A stretch of 64,000 bases of DNA from the NCBI GenBank assembly GCA_020348925.1, contig CP070758.1, positions 4,107,688 through 4,171,687 on the forward strand. Reading direction: 5' to 3'. This stretch comes from Gemmatimonadota bacterium (GTDB lineage Bacteria > JBHIER01 > G020348925). Below are positions 37,942 to 47,663 of the stretch, piece after piece. A program made the translations under genes and the position numbers. The notes under the pieces were generated by a model. It was not told the DNA's origin. It was given only the letters and a program-made list of their open reading frames with translations, and ran no database searches. Positions within the stretch are counted from its first letter, which is position 1. Each line of letters starts with the position of its first letter.

Positions 37942-39918
37942 ATGCTCCGACATGCTCTTTTACTCGTGGTCGGCGTCTGCCTGCTGTGCTGCTCCCTCCC
38001 TGCCCTGGCTGGAGAGATCCACAGGGCCATCGAAGCGGGGGACCTGGCCCGCGTCAAACAGATCCTGGAAACCGATCCCGGCGCGCTAACCCAGCAGGAC
38101 GATAACCAGTTCCGCTATCTGCCCATTCATATCGTCGCCGATGTGGGCAACATCGAGATCGCCCGCCTGCTTCTGGATGCCGGTGCCGATATCGACGCCG
38201 GTGACAGCGATAACAGCACCGCCCTGGGTATCGCGGCCATGCGAAGGCACGGAGAATTAGTTGCCTTTCTCATCGAACGGGGCGCCGATATCAATCACCG
38301 CGATCGCAAGGCCGACTGTCCCCTCAGCTTCGCCGCCTACGGCCGGGACGAGGCCATCGTCCAGCAGCTCCTGGATGCCGGTGCCGATCTCTATTATCGC
38401 AGTCCCCAAGGGGAGACGCTCCTGCACGTCGCCAGCGGGCGGGGCCTGCGCGGTTTCGTGGAGCATCTGCTGGAAAATGGTGCGCAACTCGATGCCCAAA
38501 CGGGGAACGGCGGCACCCCTCTCGGTTATGCCGCCATGCAGGGACAGGCCGAGATCGTTCAACTGCTCCTCGATCGGGGTGCCGATCCGAATCCAGCCCA
38601 GCCCGGGGAAGTTTCACCCCTGATTTTCACAACCTGGCGGGACCAGACCGAGTGCGCCCGGATCCTGCTGGAGAAGGGTGCCAACGTCGATCATCTTGCC
38701 CATCGAAATTACAACGCTCTGATTTACGCCGCTGAGAACTGCTCGACCGACATGGTCAAACTGCTCATCGACTACGGCGCCACCGTGAATCACACCAACG
38801 AGGACGGGGAGACGGCCCTGGTCAAGGCCGCTGCCCGAGGACATGCCGAGCTTGTGGAAGCCCTCTTGACGGCCAACGCCGATCCGAACCTGGGTACTGA
38901 CGGCGGAGGACGGACAGCCCTGCAGCTGGCCTCAATTGGAGGTCATCTCGAAGCGGTGCGTCATCTGGCGGCCGGCGGTGCTAACCTGAATGCTGCGACA
39001 CCGACCGGTGAAACCCCGCTTCATCTCGCCCGGTACTACGGGCACGGCAAGCTCGCCCAGATGCTCGCGGAGAAAGGCGCCAAAAGCCGCGGCTCGAAGC
39101 ATATTAATCGTTGTCTGGAAGCTATAGGTGAGGTGAACAAGGAGGAAGCTGTGGTTTGGTTCCTGGGCCACAGCGGTTGGGCCGTCAAGACCAAGAACCA
39201 CCTGTTGATCTTCGATTACTTCTCTGAGGGGGAGAATCCGCTCAAACCGGCCATCTGCAACGGGCACATCACTCCCACTGAAATAGCCGACTACAAAGTA
39301 GCCGTTTTCGCGTCTCATCATCACGGCGATCATTTCGACGCAGCCATCTTCGACTGGGGCGATCAGATTGATGACATCACCTACTTCATCGGACTCCAGC
39401 CCGAGGACGCACCGCCCTATGTCTTCATGCCAGAGCGGATGGAGAAATCCTTCGGCGATCTCAAGCTCACCACCATCCACTCCACCGACGCCGGTGTCGG
39501 CATGGTGGTCGAGGTCGACGGTCTGACCGTTTTCCATGCCGGCGACCACGCCAACGGCCGCATCGGTCTCATGGAAGAATTCACAGACGAGATCGATTTT
39601 CTGGCAAACCGGGGTCTCAGACCGGACATCTGCTTCATGGGCATCCGTGGCTGCAGTCTTGGACAGCCGGACGAAGTCAAGGAAGGCATCCACTACACCC
39701 TGAAGACCCTCAAACCGAAAGTTTTCATTCCCATGCACGCCCGCGCCCAGGGCCACCTCTACCGCGAGTTCATCGACGAATGCCAGCCTTTATTCAAGTC
39801 GGTCCAGATGGTAGCCCCTGATAACCGCGGCGATCACTTCGTCTACAAAAAGGGAAAAATCGAAGACCCGAAACAGACAGGAATATTCATGGACCGGGCT
39901 GATATGGGTGACGAGTAG
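37942..39918 (+). CDS. Secreted ankyrin-repeat protein fused to a metallo-beta-lactamase-fold hydrolase
   Basis: AGGAGG RBS; signal peptide; about 10 G.TPL..AA..G ankyrin repeats; WFLGHSG, SHHHGDH, FHAGD and IPMH motifs. Confidence 0.88.
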   Translation: MLRHALLLVVGVCLLCCSLPALAGEIHRAIEAGDLARVKQILETDPGALTQQDDNQFRYLPIHIVADVGNIEIARLLLDAGADIDAGDSDNSTALGIAAMRRHGELVAFLIERGADINHRDRKADCPLSFAAYGRDEAIVQQLLDAGADLYYRSPQGETLLHVASGRGLRGFVEHLLENGAQLDAQTGNGGTPLGYAAMQGQAEIVQLLLDRGADPNPAQPGEVSPLIFTTWRDQTECARILLEKGANVDHLAHRNYNALIYAAENCSTDMVKLLIDYGATVNHTNEDGETALVKAAARGHAELVEALLTANADPNLGTDGGGRTALQLASIGGHLEAVRHLAAGGANLNAATPTGETPLHLARYYGHGKLAQMLAEKGAKSRGSKHINRCLEAIGEVNKEEAVVWFLGHSGWAVKTKNHLLIFDYFSEGENPLKPAICNGHITPTEIADYKVAVFASHHHGDHFDAAIFDWGDQIDDITYFIGLQPEDAPPYVFMPERMEKSFGDLKLTTIHSTDAGVGMVVEVDGLTVFHAGDHANGRIGLMEEFTDEIDFLANRGLRPDICFMGIRGCSLGQPDEVKEGIHYTLKTLKPKVFIPMHARAQGHLYREFIDECQPLFKSVQMVAPDNRGDHFVYKKGKIEDPKQTGIFMDRADMGDE

Positions 39919-39986
39919 TCTTCTTCTACACCTAAGTTAGTGAAATGTTCTAAGCGTTAGATCTTGTAAAATATCGCCAGTGATAG

Positions 39987-40027
39987 AAAAACGCCAGCGG
40001 TCTCATAAAGATCGCTGGCGTTTTTTC
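39987..40027. terminator. Bidirectional intrinsic terminator
   Basis: AAAAACGCCAGCGGTCT-loop-AGATCGCTGGCGTTTTTT. Confidence 0.8.
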
Positions 40028-40162
40028 TCCTTGAACTTTGCAACTTATTCTTCTCTTCGACTTTCAAATCTTTCGACCTTCAGAAGCAGGAGGACGAGAC
40101 TCCGGCGAGCAGAACTGTTTTCGAAATTTTCAATCTTTATTTATAGTTCTTACCTCATATTT

Positions 40163-41101
40163 TCAAAATCCACTCCCATGCAACACAACAATCTCGTAGA
40201 CATATTCACCAGACTTCAAATCACTATCCATAAAATACCATGGGTAATGCATTTCTTCAATTGCTTCCTTCAATGAGACATAATCAGATCCTACAAGAAT
40301 AACTCCTTCTTCCGGTATATCCGAGAGCTTCGTCTCAAATGACCATTGAATAGGTTCGTTCCTATCATGGATGGCTATATAAAAAGTATCCAAATCATCA
40401 TAGGAAAGACCGTAACCTCCACTTCCATTTAGATTATATATCCACTCTCCCTCATAGTAGGCAACCTGTTTATTCCACAAAGAATATTCCTTAAAGTGAT
40501 TGAATATCTCTTCATCAGCCCCCACATTCCCGTATAAATGATCCGAGAGCGTTATCCTGTCACCAAAGGGCCATTCCTCAAGTATTGTTTTTGAAGCAAT
40601 TGTTACTTTTCCGGATTGAACATCTTCCTTAAGCATTGTGATGACTTGTTGCAAATAATCGATAATAGTGTGTAATTCATCAGGCCAGTTCGATTCACCA
40701 CAATGGTTAGCGCTACAGTGTCCTGATGCCACGATTTCTTTCCGTGCTGTAGATGACTCAAGTGTAATTGTGTAAACCAAGTCGTCCATAATGACTTTAT
40801 CCGGTAAATATTGTGAATCTAATCCAAGAAAATTATTAACCATCAAGGTATTATAAATCTCATTCAGTTTTTCTTCATCCAGAATAGTATGTACTATGTA
40901 ATTGCGACTGGTATACGAGGCACTGTCACTTTTCGCAACAGTTAACGTGTTATTCCCTCCACCAACTCCTCCGGACATATTATATCTGAGAAAATATTCA
41001 TTAGAAACACTTGAATTGGTGATTGAATTATTATTGCAGGAGATGTTTAGAAATAGACACATAAGTGAAAGAAATGGCAGGAAATAAACTATTCTTTTCA
41101 T
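40163..41101 (-). CDS. Hypothetical lipoprotein
   Basis: Lipobox-like LNISC; AT-rich; AAGGAG RBS. Confidence 0.7.
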   Translation of the reverse strand: MKRIVYFLPFLSLMCLFLNISCNNNSITNSSVSNEYFLRYNMSGGVGGGNNTLTVAKSDSASYTSRNYIVHTILDEEKLNEIYNTLMVNNFLGLDSQYLPDKVIMDDLVYTITLESSTARKEIVASGHCSANHCGESNWPDELHTIIDYLQQVITMLKEDVQSGKVTIASKTILEEWPFGDRITLSDHLYGNVGADEEIFNHFKEYSLWNKQVAYYEGEWIYNLNGSGGYGLSYDDLDTFYIAIHDRNEPIQWSFETKLSDIPEEGVILVGSDYVSLKEAIEEMHYPWYFMDSDLKSGEYVYEIVVLHGSGF

Positions 41102-41390
41102 AATAATCTACTCCTTGGTTTATCTCGTCAAATGTCAGATCATATCATTATTGAACAGCGATACCTCACTCACTCTGCGTCACACAGATTATCTTAACTT
41201 ATTTTTACCTTCGATAAGAAAGACGTCCTTGGGAAAAAAGAGTTTCATCTCGATCTTCTTTGCTCTCATTTCCTCTTATGTTCTCTACTCCCTTTGATGA
41301 AAAATGTATTATCTTACATCTATCATCTGCCAATTTTGACTTTTTTAATTTTTGAACTCTTTAGCTTCGAAAATCGGTAAGTGAAATGTA

Positions 41391-41681
41391 ATGACACACA
41401 GCAATGGGTTAAAAGTCAAGCCCTTTTTCTGATGCCCTTAATACCCATCCCCACTCCTCTGGATCATCCGGTCGAGCCGGATGATGACACTGGGTGGGGT
41501 GGATCATCTGATTAAGCTTGATGAGGACATTGGGTAGGGTTGATCACCCTCTCAAACCTGACAATGACCCTTATTTAATCCCTCTCTTTCTCCCTTTACA
41601 AAAGGGAGAAGCTCTGATCCCTCCTCCTTCATATGGGAGACTTTGATCCCTCCTTTTTCAAAGGAAGGTTAGGGAGGACTA
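41391..41681 (+). repeat. ~290-bp composite direct repeat, copy 1
   Basis: Aligns with 42531-42838: TTAAAAGTCAAG, TAATACCC, GGATCA...GGATGATGACA units, CTCCCTTT palindromes. Confidence 0.8.
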
Positions 41682-41777
41682 TTAAAGAATGCATGCCATT
41701 CTCAAAGTCTTAACAGCTCGATGGAGTCTCTCTCTCCCTATAATTCAAAAAAATCAAATTGTACTCCCGCTCCTCAA

Positions 41778-41993
41778 TTATGCAGGAACTTCGCAATAGG
41801 TTGAGTATGTCCGAGGAGGTGGAATAGGCTCACCGTCTTCCTTGAGACCTTCGAGGTGAATCTCGATTGCCTCTTTCATGGTTATTTCAACTTCTTCTTT
41901 CGTCTTACCTGTTGCCACGCAGCCGGGAAGATCTGGTGAGAACGCCGAATAACCAGTGTTCGTTTCCTCAATCACTATCAGGTATTTACTCAT
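41778..41993 (-). CDS. hicB: HicB-family antitoxin
   Basis: YSAFSPDLPGCVATG.T.EE.....EAI..HLE. Confidence 0.9.
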   Translation of the reverse strand: MSKYLIVIEETNTGYSAFSPDLPGCVATGKTKEEVEITMKEAIEIHLEGLKEDGEPIPPPRTYSTYCEVPA

Positions 41994-42175
41994 CTCAACC
42001 CCGCCTGTTTCAAGACACTGTTTAGAGTACCAGGTGCAAGATCGTCGCTCAGCTTGCCAGCAATCGTGACTCGCGCCCGCTTATGTGGGTGCTTGTATTG
42101 ACGATGGCCGCTTCGAGCCTTGACCCGATACCACCCATCTACCTCTATTATCTTAATGATCTCACGAACTTTCAT
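41990..42175 (-). CDS. hicA: HicA-family toxin (mRNA interferase)
   Basis: MKVREII..IE.DGW......HRQYKHP....VTI......L..GTL.S.LKQAGL. Confidence 0.9.
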   Translation of the reverse strand: MKVREIIKIIEVDGWYRVKARSGHRQYKHPHKRARVTIAGKLSDDLAPGTLNSVLKQAGLR

Positions 42176-42258
42176 TCGACTATCGTATAATCAATGTTCA
42201 ACGCGGTCAACTCGAAAAACTATTAATCACATAATCTCCAGACAACACCATACTATTA

Positions 42259-42462
42259 TTATTCCCTGAAGGCTTCTTCTAATGGAATTCCATTTAACTT
42301 CTCTTCCCTATAAGCCTTTAATCTTTTCTCCGCTTCCTCTACCCATACAGTATCTAATTCTTGATTTGGTTCATCTAGACTTTTCAGTAAATCCTCCACA
42401 ACCATAAATCTCTCTTCTGGTTTCAGCCTCAATGCATGCTCAAGGATTTCCTTCGCACCCAT
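42259..42462 (-). CDS. Putative addiction-module component (orphan antitoxin)
   Basis: AL.L.PEER......L..SLD......W.EEA.KR. Confidence 0.8.
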   Translation of the reverse strand: MGAKEILEHALRLKPEERFMVVEDLLKSLDEPNQELDTVWVEEAEKRLKAYREEKLNGIPLEEAFRE

Positions 42463-42530
42463 TGAGCCTGCCTCTCACAAGAATTGCTTAAACGTAATGT
42501 ATCCTCCATGTCTCCCATCAATTGAATGAA

Positions 42531-42838
42531 ATGATATGAAATAACGGATTAAAAGTCAAGCCTTTTTCTGGTGTCCCTAATACCCGCCCCATCCCTTCTG
42601 GATCATTTTGTTAAGCCTGTCCTGAGCAGTTTAACTTCGCTCACTATAAACTCCGTCGAAGGGCCGGATGATGACATTGGATGGAGCGGATCACCCGGTC
42701 AAGCTGGATGATGACATTGGGTGGGGTGTATTACCCCCTCAACCAGACAATGATCCTTATTTTATCCCTCTCTTTCTCCCTTTAAAAAAGGTAGATTTTT
42801 ATCCCCTTCTTTTTCAAAGGAGGGTTAGGGAGGATTAC
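42531..42838 (+). repeat. ~300-bp composite direct repeat, copy 2, with nested insertion and a minus-strand promoter
   Basis: Homologous to 41391-41681; TTGACT-17-TATCAT on the minus strand at 42531-42559. Confidence 0.8.
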
Positions 42839-42897
42839 AAAAAAGGCACGCTATTTTCGTGCCTGAAGAGCCCTGCGGAATCTCACCTTCAGTACGA

Positions 42898-43371
42898 CTA
42901 CTGCTTCTTCCAATATTTTTTCAATAACACCAACTGTCCCAAGTGATAAGCATTGTGATCGGCGATGAGCAATATTTCTCGGAATATTGTATATTTTGGT
43001 GCGTGAGGGAGTGGTGCGTATAAGTCTGTCTCCGGATTTTTTACCATCTCCTCCGCCGATCGAAGATCGGTAAAAAAGTTTTTGACCGCCCTTTCCCACA
43101 TCTCCTGAGTTGCTTCAACTTCTTTTGAAGGCCAATACCCCTGAGGCCACTTCGGGGAAACATGATCCGGATTTCTTATAAACTCAATAATGTCCCATTG
43201 TGCAAGTCTCATGTGCTCCAGTAATTGCCACGGCGTATAGTCGATGTGCGGAACGTGCGTATTGATGTGTTCAAGGGGAAACTCAGCCAGTCCTTGTTCA
43301 ACCGATAGATGGGCATTGTGATCTTTCAGCACAGCCAACAATTCTTTTCGTATCACTTTTTCTGTATCCAT
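42898..43371 (-). CDS. DinB family protein
   Basis: TPWQLLEHMRLAQ.DI, WP.GYWP, DHNAYHLGQ. Confidence 0.88.
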   Translation of the reverse strand: MDTEKVIRKELLAVLKDHNAHLSVEQGLAEFPLEHINTHVPHIDYTPWQLLEHMRLAQWDIIEFIRNPDHVSPKWPQGYWPSKEVEATQEMWERAVKNFFTDLRSAEEMVKNPETDLYAPLPHAPKYTIFREILLIADHNAYHLGQLVLLKKYWKKQ

Positions 43372-43534
43372 AATGAAATTATTCCTCCTTCATTTTTTAA
43401 CTCAGTGATAAAATTGGGCCTCATACTACTTCCACAAGGAGTCGTCAGCTGGTTTCCAATGTATTAAGTATCGTAGTATGTATCCTCGTCGCACTTCTTT
43501 CCACGGTCTTTTTCGGAGAAAGAATATTATCGCT

Positions 43535-44497
43535 CTATACAACGAAATCATTTTTCACTCTTTTCGCAATTGCTAAAATATGGTGTCCATCCGACCCGCA
43601 GCATCCCCCCAAAACTTTTACTCCAAATCGCCTGTGGAGTTCGACCATGAGCTCGGCAAACTCTTCGGGCTCCGATGTATCAAGGTATTCGAGATTGTTA
43701 AGCTCTTCAGGGGTTTTTGATGAAGTGTTGGCTTGAAGCCCGAGAATTCTCGTTCGTAGTTTGTCTGAATATTTTTCCTCATGATTCAGAGCCTGTTCAA
43801 AAATGGACGGATGAACACAGTTGATCATATAGAAATACGGTGGTGGGTCTGTCTCCGTATCGATAGCCTCAATCGCCTGATGAATCGGTGTTCCGTCAAG
43901 CAATGTTCCTTGAGGTCGTATCACAAAACTGAGGATATACGGAAGATCATAACTGGACAAAACCGAACCAATCCCTTGGGCTTCCGACATCGCCGGCAAT
44001 GTCGCGGCTTTAATAAAGTCCACACCACTCTTCGCTAAGGCCTCAGCCTGTTCCCGATGAAATAAGGTTGCTTCTTCCTGCGATAGAGCTTCTTCAGGAC
44101 GATAGGCATCCCCTTTGCACGCCATCATTCCACCAATGAAAACAGATCGGGCATACTCCCCGTATGTCGCGCGGATATCTTTAAGAAAACCGACACAGTC
44201 CCTGTTGACATGTGCATGCGTGGAATACTTCGATTGCCGGAGTCTTTCAGGATTTGCCCGCCAGCTTGGAGCCAAGGCCATAAAAGGAAGATCAAATTGG
44301 CGACCTACACCAATATATTCACCATACATTTGCTTGAGCACCTCCCGTCCTTTCTCCTCGTAGATCAAGCCGGCGTGGGCGATCCAAGGATCCAATTCAA
44401 TCGACGGATGCCTCCGAATCCTCTCCACCATACTACCCTCTGTCAAGATCACGGGAGACTTCCCAAACATCCCTACAAAATTCTTCATCTGCGTCAT
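43535..44497 (-). CDS. Homocysteine S-methyltransferase family protein
   Basis: ILTEG, INCVHP and GGCCG zinc-binding motifs. Confidence 0.88.
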   Translation of the reverse strand: MTQMKNFVGMFGKSPVILTEGSMVERIRRHPSIELDPWIAHAGLIYEEKGREVLKQMYGEYIGVGRQFDLPFMALAPSWRANPERLRQSKYSTHAHVNRDCVGFLKDIRATYGEYARSVFIGGMMACKGDAYRPEEALSQEEATLFHREQAEALAKSGVDFIKAATLPAMSEAQGIGSVLSSYDLPYILSFVIRPQGTLLDGTPIHQAIEAIDTETDPPPYFYMINCVHPSIFEQALNHEEKYSDKLRTRILGLQANTSSKTPEELNNLEYLDTSEPEEFAELMVELHRRFGVKVLGGCCGSDGHHILAIAKRVKNDFVV

Positions 44498-44730
44498 CTC
44501 TCAACAGGTAAAATGGGAGCACACCCATCTGTGGGTTGAAAAGTCAAAAAGTTTAAAGTCGAAAAGTTTCCCTTAATAGACATCACTTTCCGATTCAGAG
44601 AGTCCTTTCTTTTCCAAATCTTTCTCTAACTGCCCTTTCGACAGGCTCAAGACAGGCTTTATAAAAGGGAGAAGCTTACAATCCTGCGACCTCTACCTAA
44701 CCCGAATAGTGCGTAAATAAAAACAAAAGC

Positions 44731-44815
44731 TGTCATTCCTGCGCATGCAGGAATCTCCTCGATTTGCACAGCAGATTCTCAATGAAGGAGATTCCGGGAT
44801 AAACACGGAATGACA
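44731..44815. repeat. TGTCATTCC...GGAATGACA palindromic element
   Basis: TGTCATTCCTGCGCATGCAGGAATCTC...GAGATTCC...GGAATGACA. Confidence 0.75.
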
Positions 44816-44914
44816 TAGCACACAATCTTGGACAATGCCGTGGAACATTGTTCAAAATCCATATTCTTTTTAACTCTATAAATATGATCATGTTGAGTTA
44901 CATTTATATTGATT

Positions 44915-45655
44915 TTATGAATAATTCAGGCTCAATGCTTTTTTCAACACATAGATAATCCAGGGTGGAATTCGTGTTTCATTGACCCACTCATACGGCT
45001 CATCCTCTCTTGCCAGAGGTTTATACACTTTGACTATCTCCAATCCGGTCCTCTTGTAGACTTTTTCATAATCTTCATGGGACCAGACAACATCCTCCAC
45101 CGGTCTCTGATCCTCTACGTCCGTCATGATTATTTTTACCTTATCCCCGCTTCTTGCACATTTATTTTCGGGAAAGTCCTTGGTCGTAAATGACGCCCAT
45201 TCGTGTGTATAAATTTCAGGTGCAGAGACCAAGTTAACCATTTTCCCATCACTCTTGAGCAGTCTTGCTATCTCTTTAAAATTTTTCACCTTTTTTTCCA
45301 TTGTTGGGATATTATCGAATGTAAATACAGACAATACAAGATCGTACGTATTATCTTCGAATTTACTGAAATCGCCATCCTCGACAAGACAATAATCCCC
45401 TTCGGGATCAGTCTCTCTCGCTTTCCGGATCATATCCTGTGCGATATCAATCCCGGTCGTTTCAAAGTCCAATTTTCGCAGAAACCGTGCCGAGCGTCCC
45501 GTACCACACCCAAAATCGATCGCTTTTTTTCCTCTGACATGTTCATTTATGATATCCGGCAAATCACGAAAGGCCAGATAATAGGTGCCGGGAAATTCCA
45601 GTTTCGCATATGAATCTGCACGTTTTTCATCCTCATACACATTGTAAAAATCCAT
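44915..45655 (-). CDS. Class I SAM-dependent methyltransferase
   Basis: IDFGCGTGRS motif I; GIDI; YDLVLS. Confidence 0.9.
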   Translation of the reverse strand: MDFYNVYEDEKRADSYAKLEFPGTYYLAFRDLPDIINEHVRGKKAIDFGCGTGRSARFLRKLDFETTGIDIAQDMIRKARETDPEGDYCLVEDGDFSKFEDNTYDLVLSVFTFDNIPTMEKKVKNFKEIARLLKSDGKMVNLVSAPEIYTHEWASFTTKDFPENKCARSGDKVKIIMTDVEDQRPVEDVVWSHEDYEKVYKRTGLEIVKVYKPLAREDEPYEWVNETRIPPWIIYVLKKALSLNYS

Positions 45656-45857
45656 AATCAGATCCCCTTTGGTTAGCCGTTGGAGCAGATCCCAATTTCA
45701 TTCCTCTCAATCGGCCCCTTCGACAGACCCACGACAAACTGTGTGACAGGAAGAAGTATAAGACCTCAAACTCATTGATTCGATAAAAAAGGGGGGAGAT
45801 TCAGTAACACGCCTGGAATCGCCCCCACTCAATACAATCAACAATAATACAGAACCT

Positions 45858-47354
45858 CTAAGACGCCTCAGGTACTCCTTCCTGGCCGGAAGGAAGCTCC
45901 AAGCCGTACCCCTGTCTTCTGTCGGTCCTTTTCAACTTATACGCGAGGAAGATGGAAATGATACCCAGGAAGACAAGCATAAAGATAGCCCAGGTGTAAT
46001 TATACGGCGGGATGACGCCCGTCGCCTTCAATTCCTCAATTCTCTGGGGAATCTCATTCATACTCACACCATTGGCAATGAGTTGCGCTCTGGTCGTCTG
46101 AATCTGTTCTACGATCCTGGGGTTCGTAACGTTCACCATCTTGCCTATGCCCCAGAAAAATGCCGAGAGACCGTAATTCTGGATCGTGAACATCGTCGCG
46201 TAGGCCGTACCAAGACGGTTCTCTGGGACGATCTTGGCGACTGAAGGCCACATGGCGGCGGGGACCAGGGAAAAAGCAACACCAAGGGCTAACAATCCCA
46301 AATAGCCGATGGCCACGCTATTGATGACAGACAGTGAGAGGTGCGCAAAAATCAGAAGAAGTGAGCCCACGATCATGACGCTGGCAGCTTTTCCCTTCTT
46401 GTCGATCATTCTTCCGAAGATGGGCGTAAAGAGTATCGTTCCCAGGGGAATCAGGCTCGTCACTTTGGGACCGTTATGAAAGAATGCTGCTACTTTCTGC
46501 CAGAAAGACAACCCGGAAAGGTCCGGCAGCGTCAGCGAAAAACCGAATTTGTTCACAAGCAAATCCGGGGCATACTGAATGAAGGGAAAGACCGCAGCAT
46601 AGAAAGCGACACACAGGAGTGCGATGTAAATGAACGAAGGGTTCGTAATCAGGTTTGTCAGATCTTTAAACCTGAATTGATCCTCCTCGGAAGACCCTTC
46701 AGCTTCGGCGAGGTCGCTTCGTTGTTTATCGATTTTGACATCAAAGATGAGATAAGCAAGGAACATGATGAAGGCGAGACCGATCAAGGATGCTGCGAAA
46801 ACGAGACCGGTGTAAGCATTTCCGCCGGCGATGTCGACGCCAAAAAAGTTTGTGCCCGCCGATCCCAAACGGCCAAAGCCGACATTGATCGCCATGGCCA
46901 GGGCCAGTTCATAGCCCTTGAACCATTTGACAATGGTCCTGGAAACCATGACACAGACCGTTTCGAGACCCGTTCCGAATAAAATTCTGCCAACGATCAT
47001 CCAGGTCAGCATGGTGCCTTCGTCCTGCCCGAAAACACCTTTGCTGGCAAAAGCAACGATGAATGCCCCGCCGGTCGCGAGAAGACTGAAAATGGTCCCG
47101 GTCTTGCGAATGCCCCATCTGTCCAGGGCGATGCCGCCGACAATAATCATCAGAGCCAGGTTCGCCCAGGTGGTCGAAGCGACGAGCAAGCCGAACTGGC
47201 TGCTGTCGAAACCAAGCTGGCTCTCCATCAGACTCTTCAACGGCCCGAGACAATCGTTGAACCAGTAGGTGGAAAACAACAATCCGCTGATGAGGACCAG
47301 GACGGTCCAGCGCAGCGGCGCCGATGCGTTCAACATCTTTTTCGCGAGCTCCAT
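45858..47354 (-). CDS. MFS transporter
   Basis: About 12 TM helices; GGIALDRWGIRK motif A; GR.LFG.G; FGRMIDKKG. Confidence 0.92.
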   Translation of the reverse strand: MELAKKMLNASAPLRWTVLVLISGLLFSTYWFNDCLGPLKSLMESQLGFDSSQFGLLVASTTWANLALMIIVGGIALDRWGIRKTGTIFSLLATGGAFIVAFASKGVFGQDEGTMLTWMIVGRILFGTGLETVCVMVSRTIVKWFKGYELALAMAINVGFGRLGSAGTNFFGVDIAGGNAYTGLVFAASLIGLAFIMFLAYLIFDVKIDKQRSDLAEAEGSSEEDQFRFKDLTNLITNPSFIYIALLCVAFYAAVFPFIQYAPDLLVNKFGFSLTLPDLSGLSFWQKVAAFFHNGPKVTSLIPLGTILFTPIFGRMIDKKGKAASVMIVGSLLLIFAHLSLSVINSVAIGYLGLLALGVAFSLVPAAMWPSVAKIVPENRLGTAYATMFTIQNYGLSAFFWGIGKMVNVTNPRIVEQIQTTRAQLIANGVSMNEIPQRIEELKATGVIPPYNYTWAIFMLVFLGIISIFLAYKLKRTDRRQGYGLELPSGQEGVPEAS

Positions 47355-47490
47355 ACATCACTCCTTTCAAGGTTTCCGCCTTATACTGTCGATAAGGTCG
47401 GGCCGCAAAAAGTAAAAAAATAGTACTAAACCGAAAAAATTGCTGTGTCTGTGCACTACAATTGGAGTCTTCTCAATTATATAAGATAAA

Positions 47491-47519
47491 ATAATATAAA
47501 ATATTGGGTTAAATGTCAA
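47491..47519 (-). promoter_or_regulatory. sigma70-type promoter for the MFS gene
   Basis: TTGACA-17 nt-TATTAT on the minus strand. Confidence 0.6.
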
Positions 47520-47663
47520 GTCTTTTTCTCCGCTCTTGTCCTGAACTCACGATCTCTTTTAAATAATGTTCCACCTTCAATCACAGAGAACTTAGCATCA
47601 CGGATTCGACGTAATGGTTGGCATGTGCCCAGTAATACGAATGAATCACTTCGACGCGCAACG

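Noticed and set aside
41455-41570. ~40-bp-period GGATCA...GATGACA units as a CRISPR array
   Set aside because: Units are degenerate tandem palindromes without unique spacers, and no cas genes are present.
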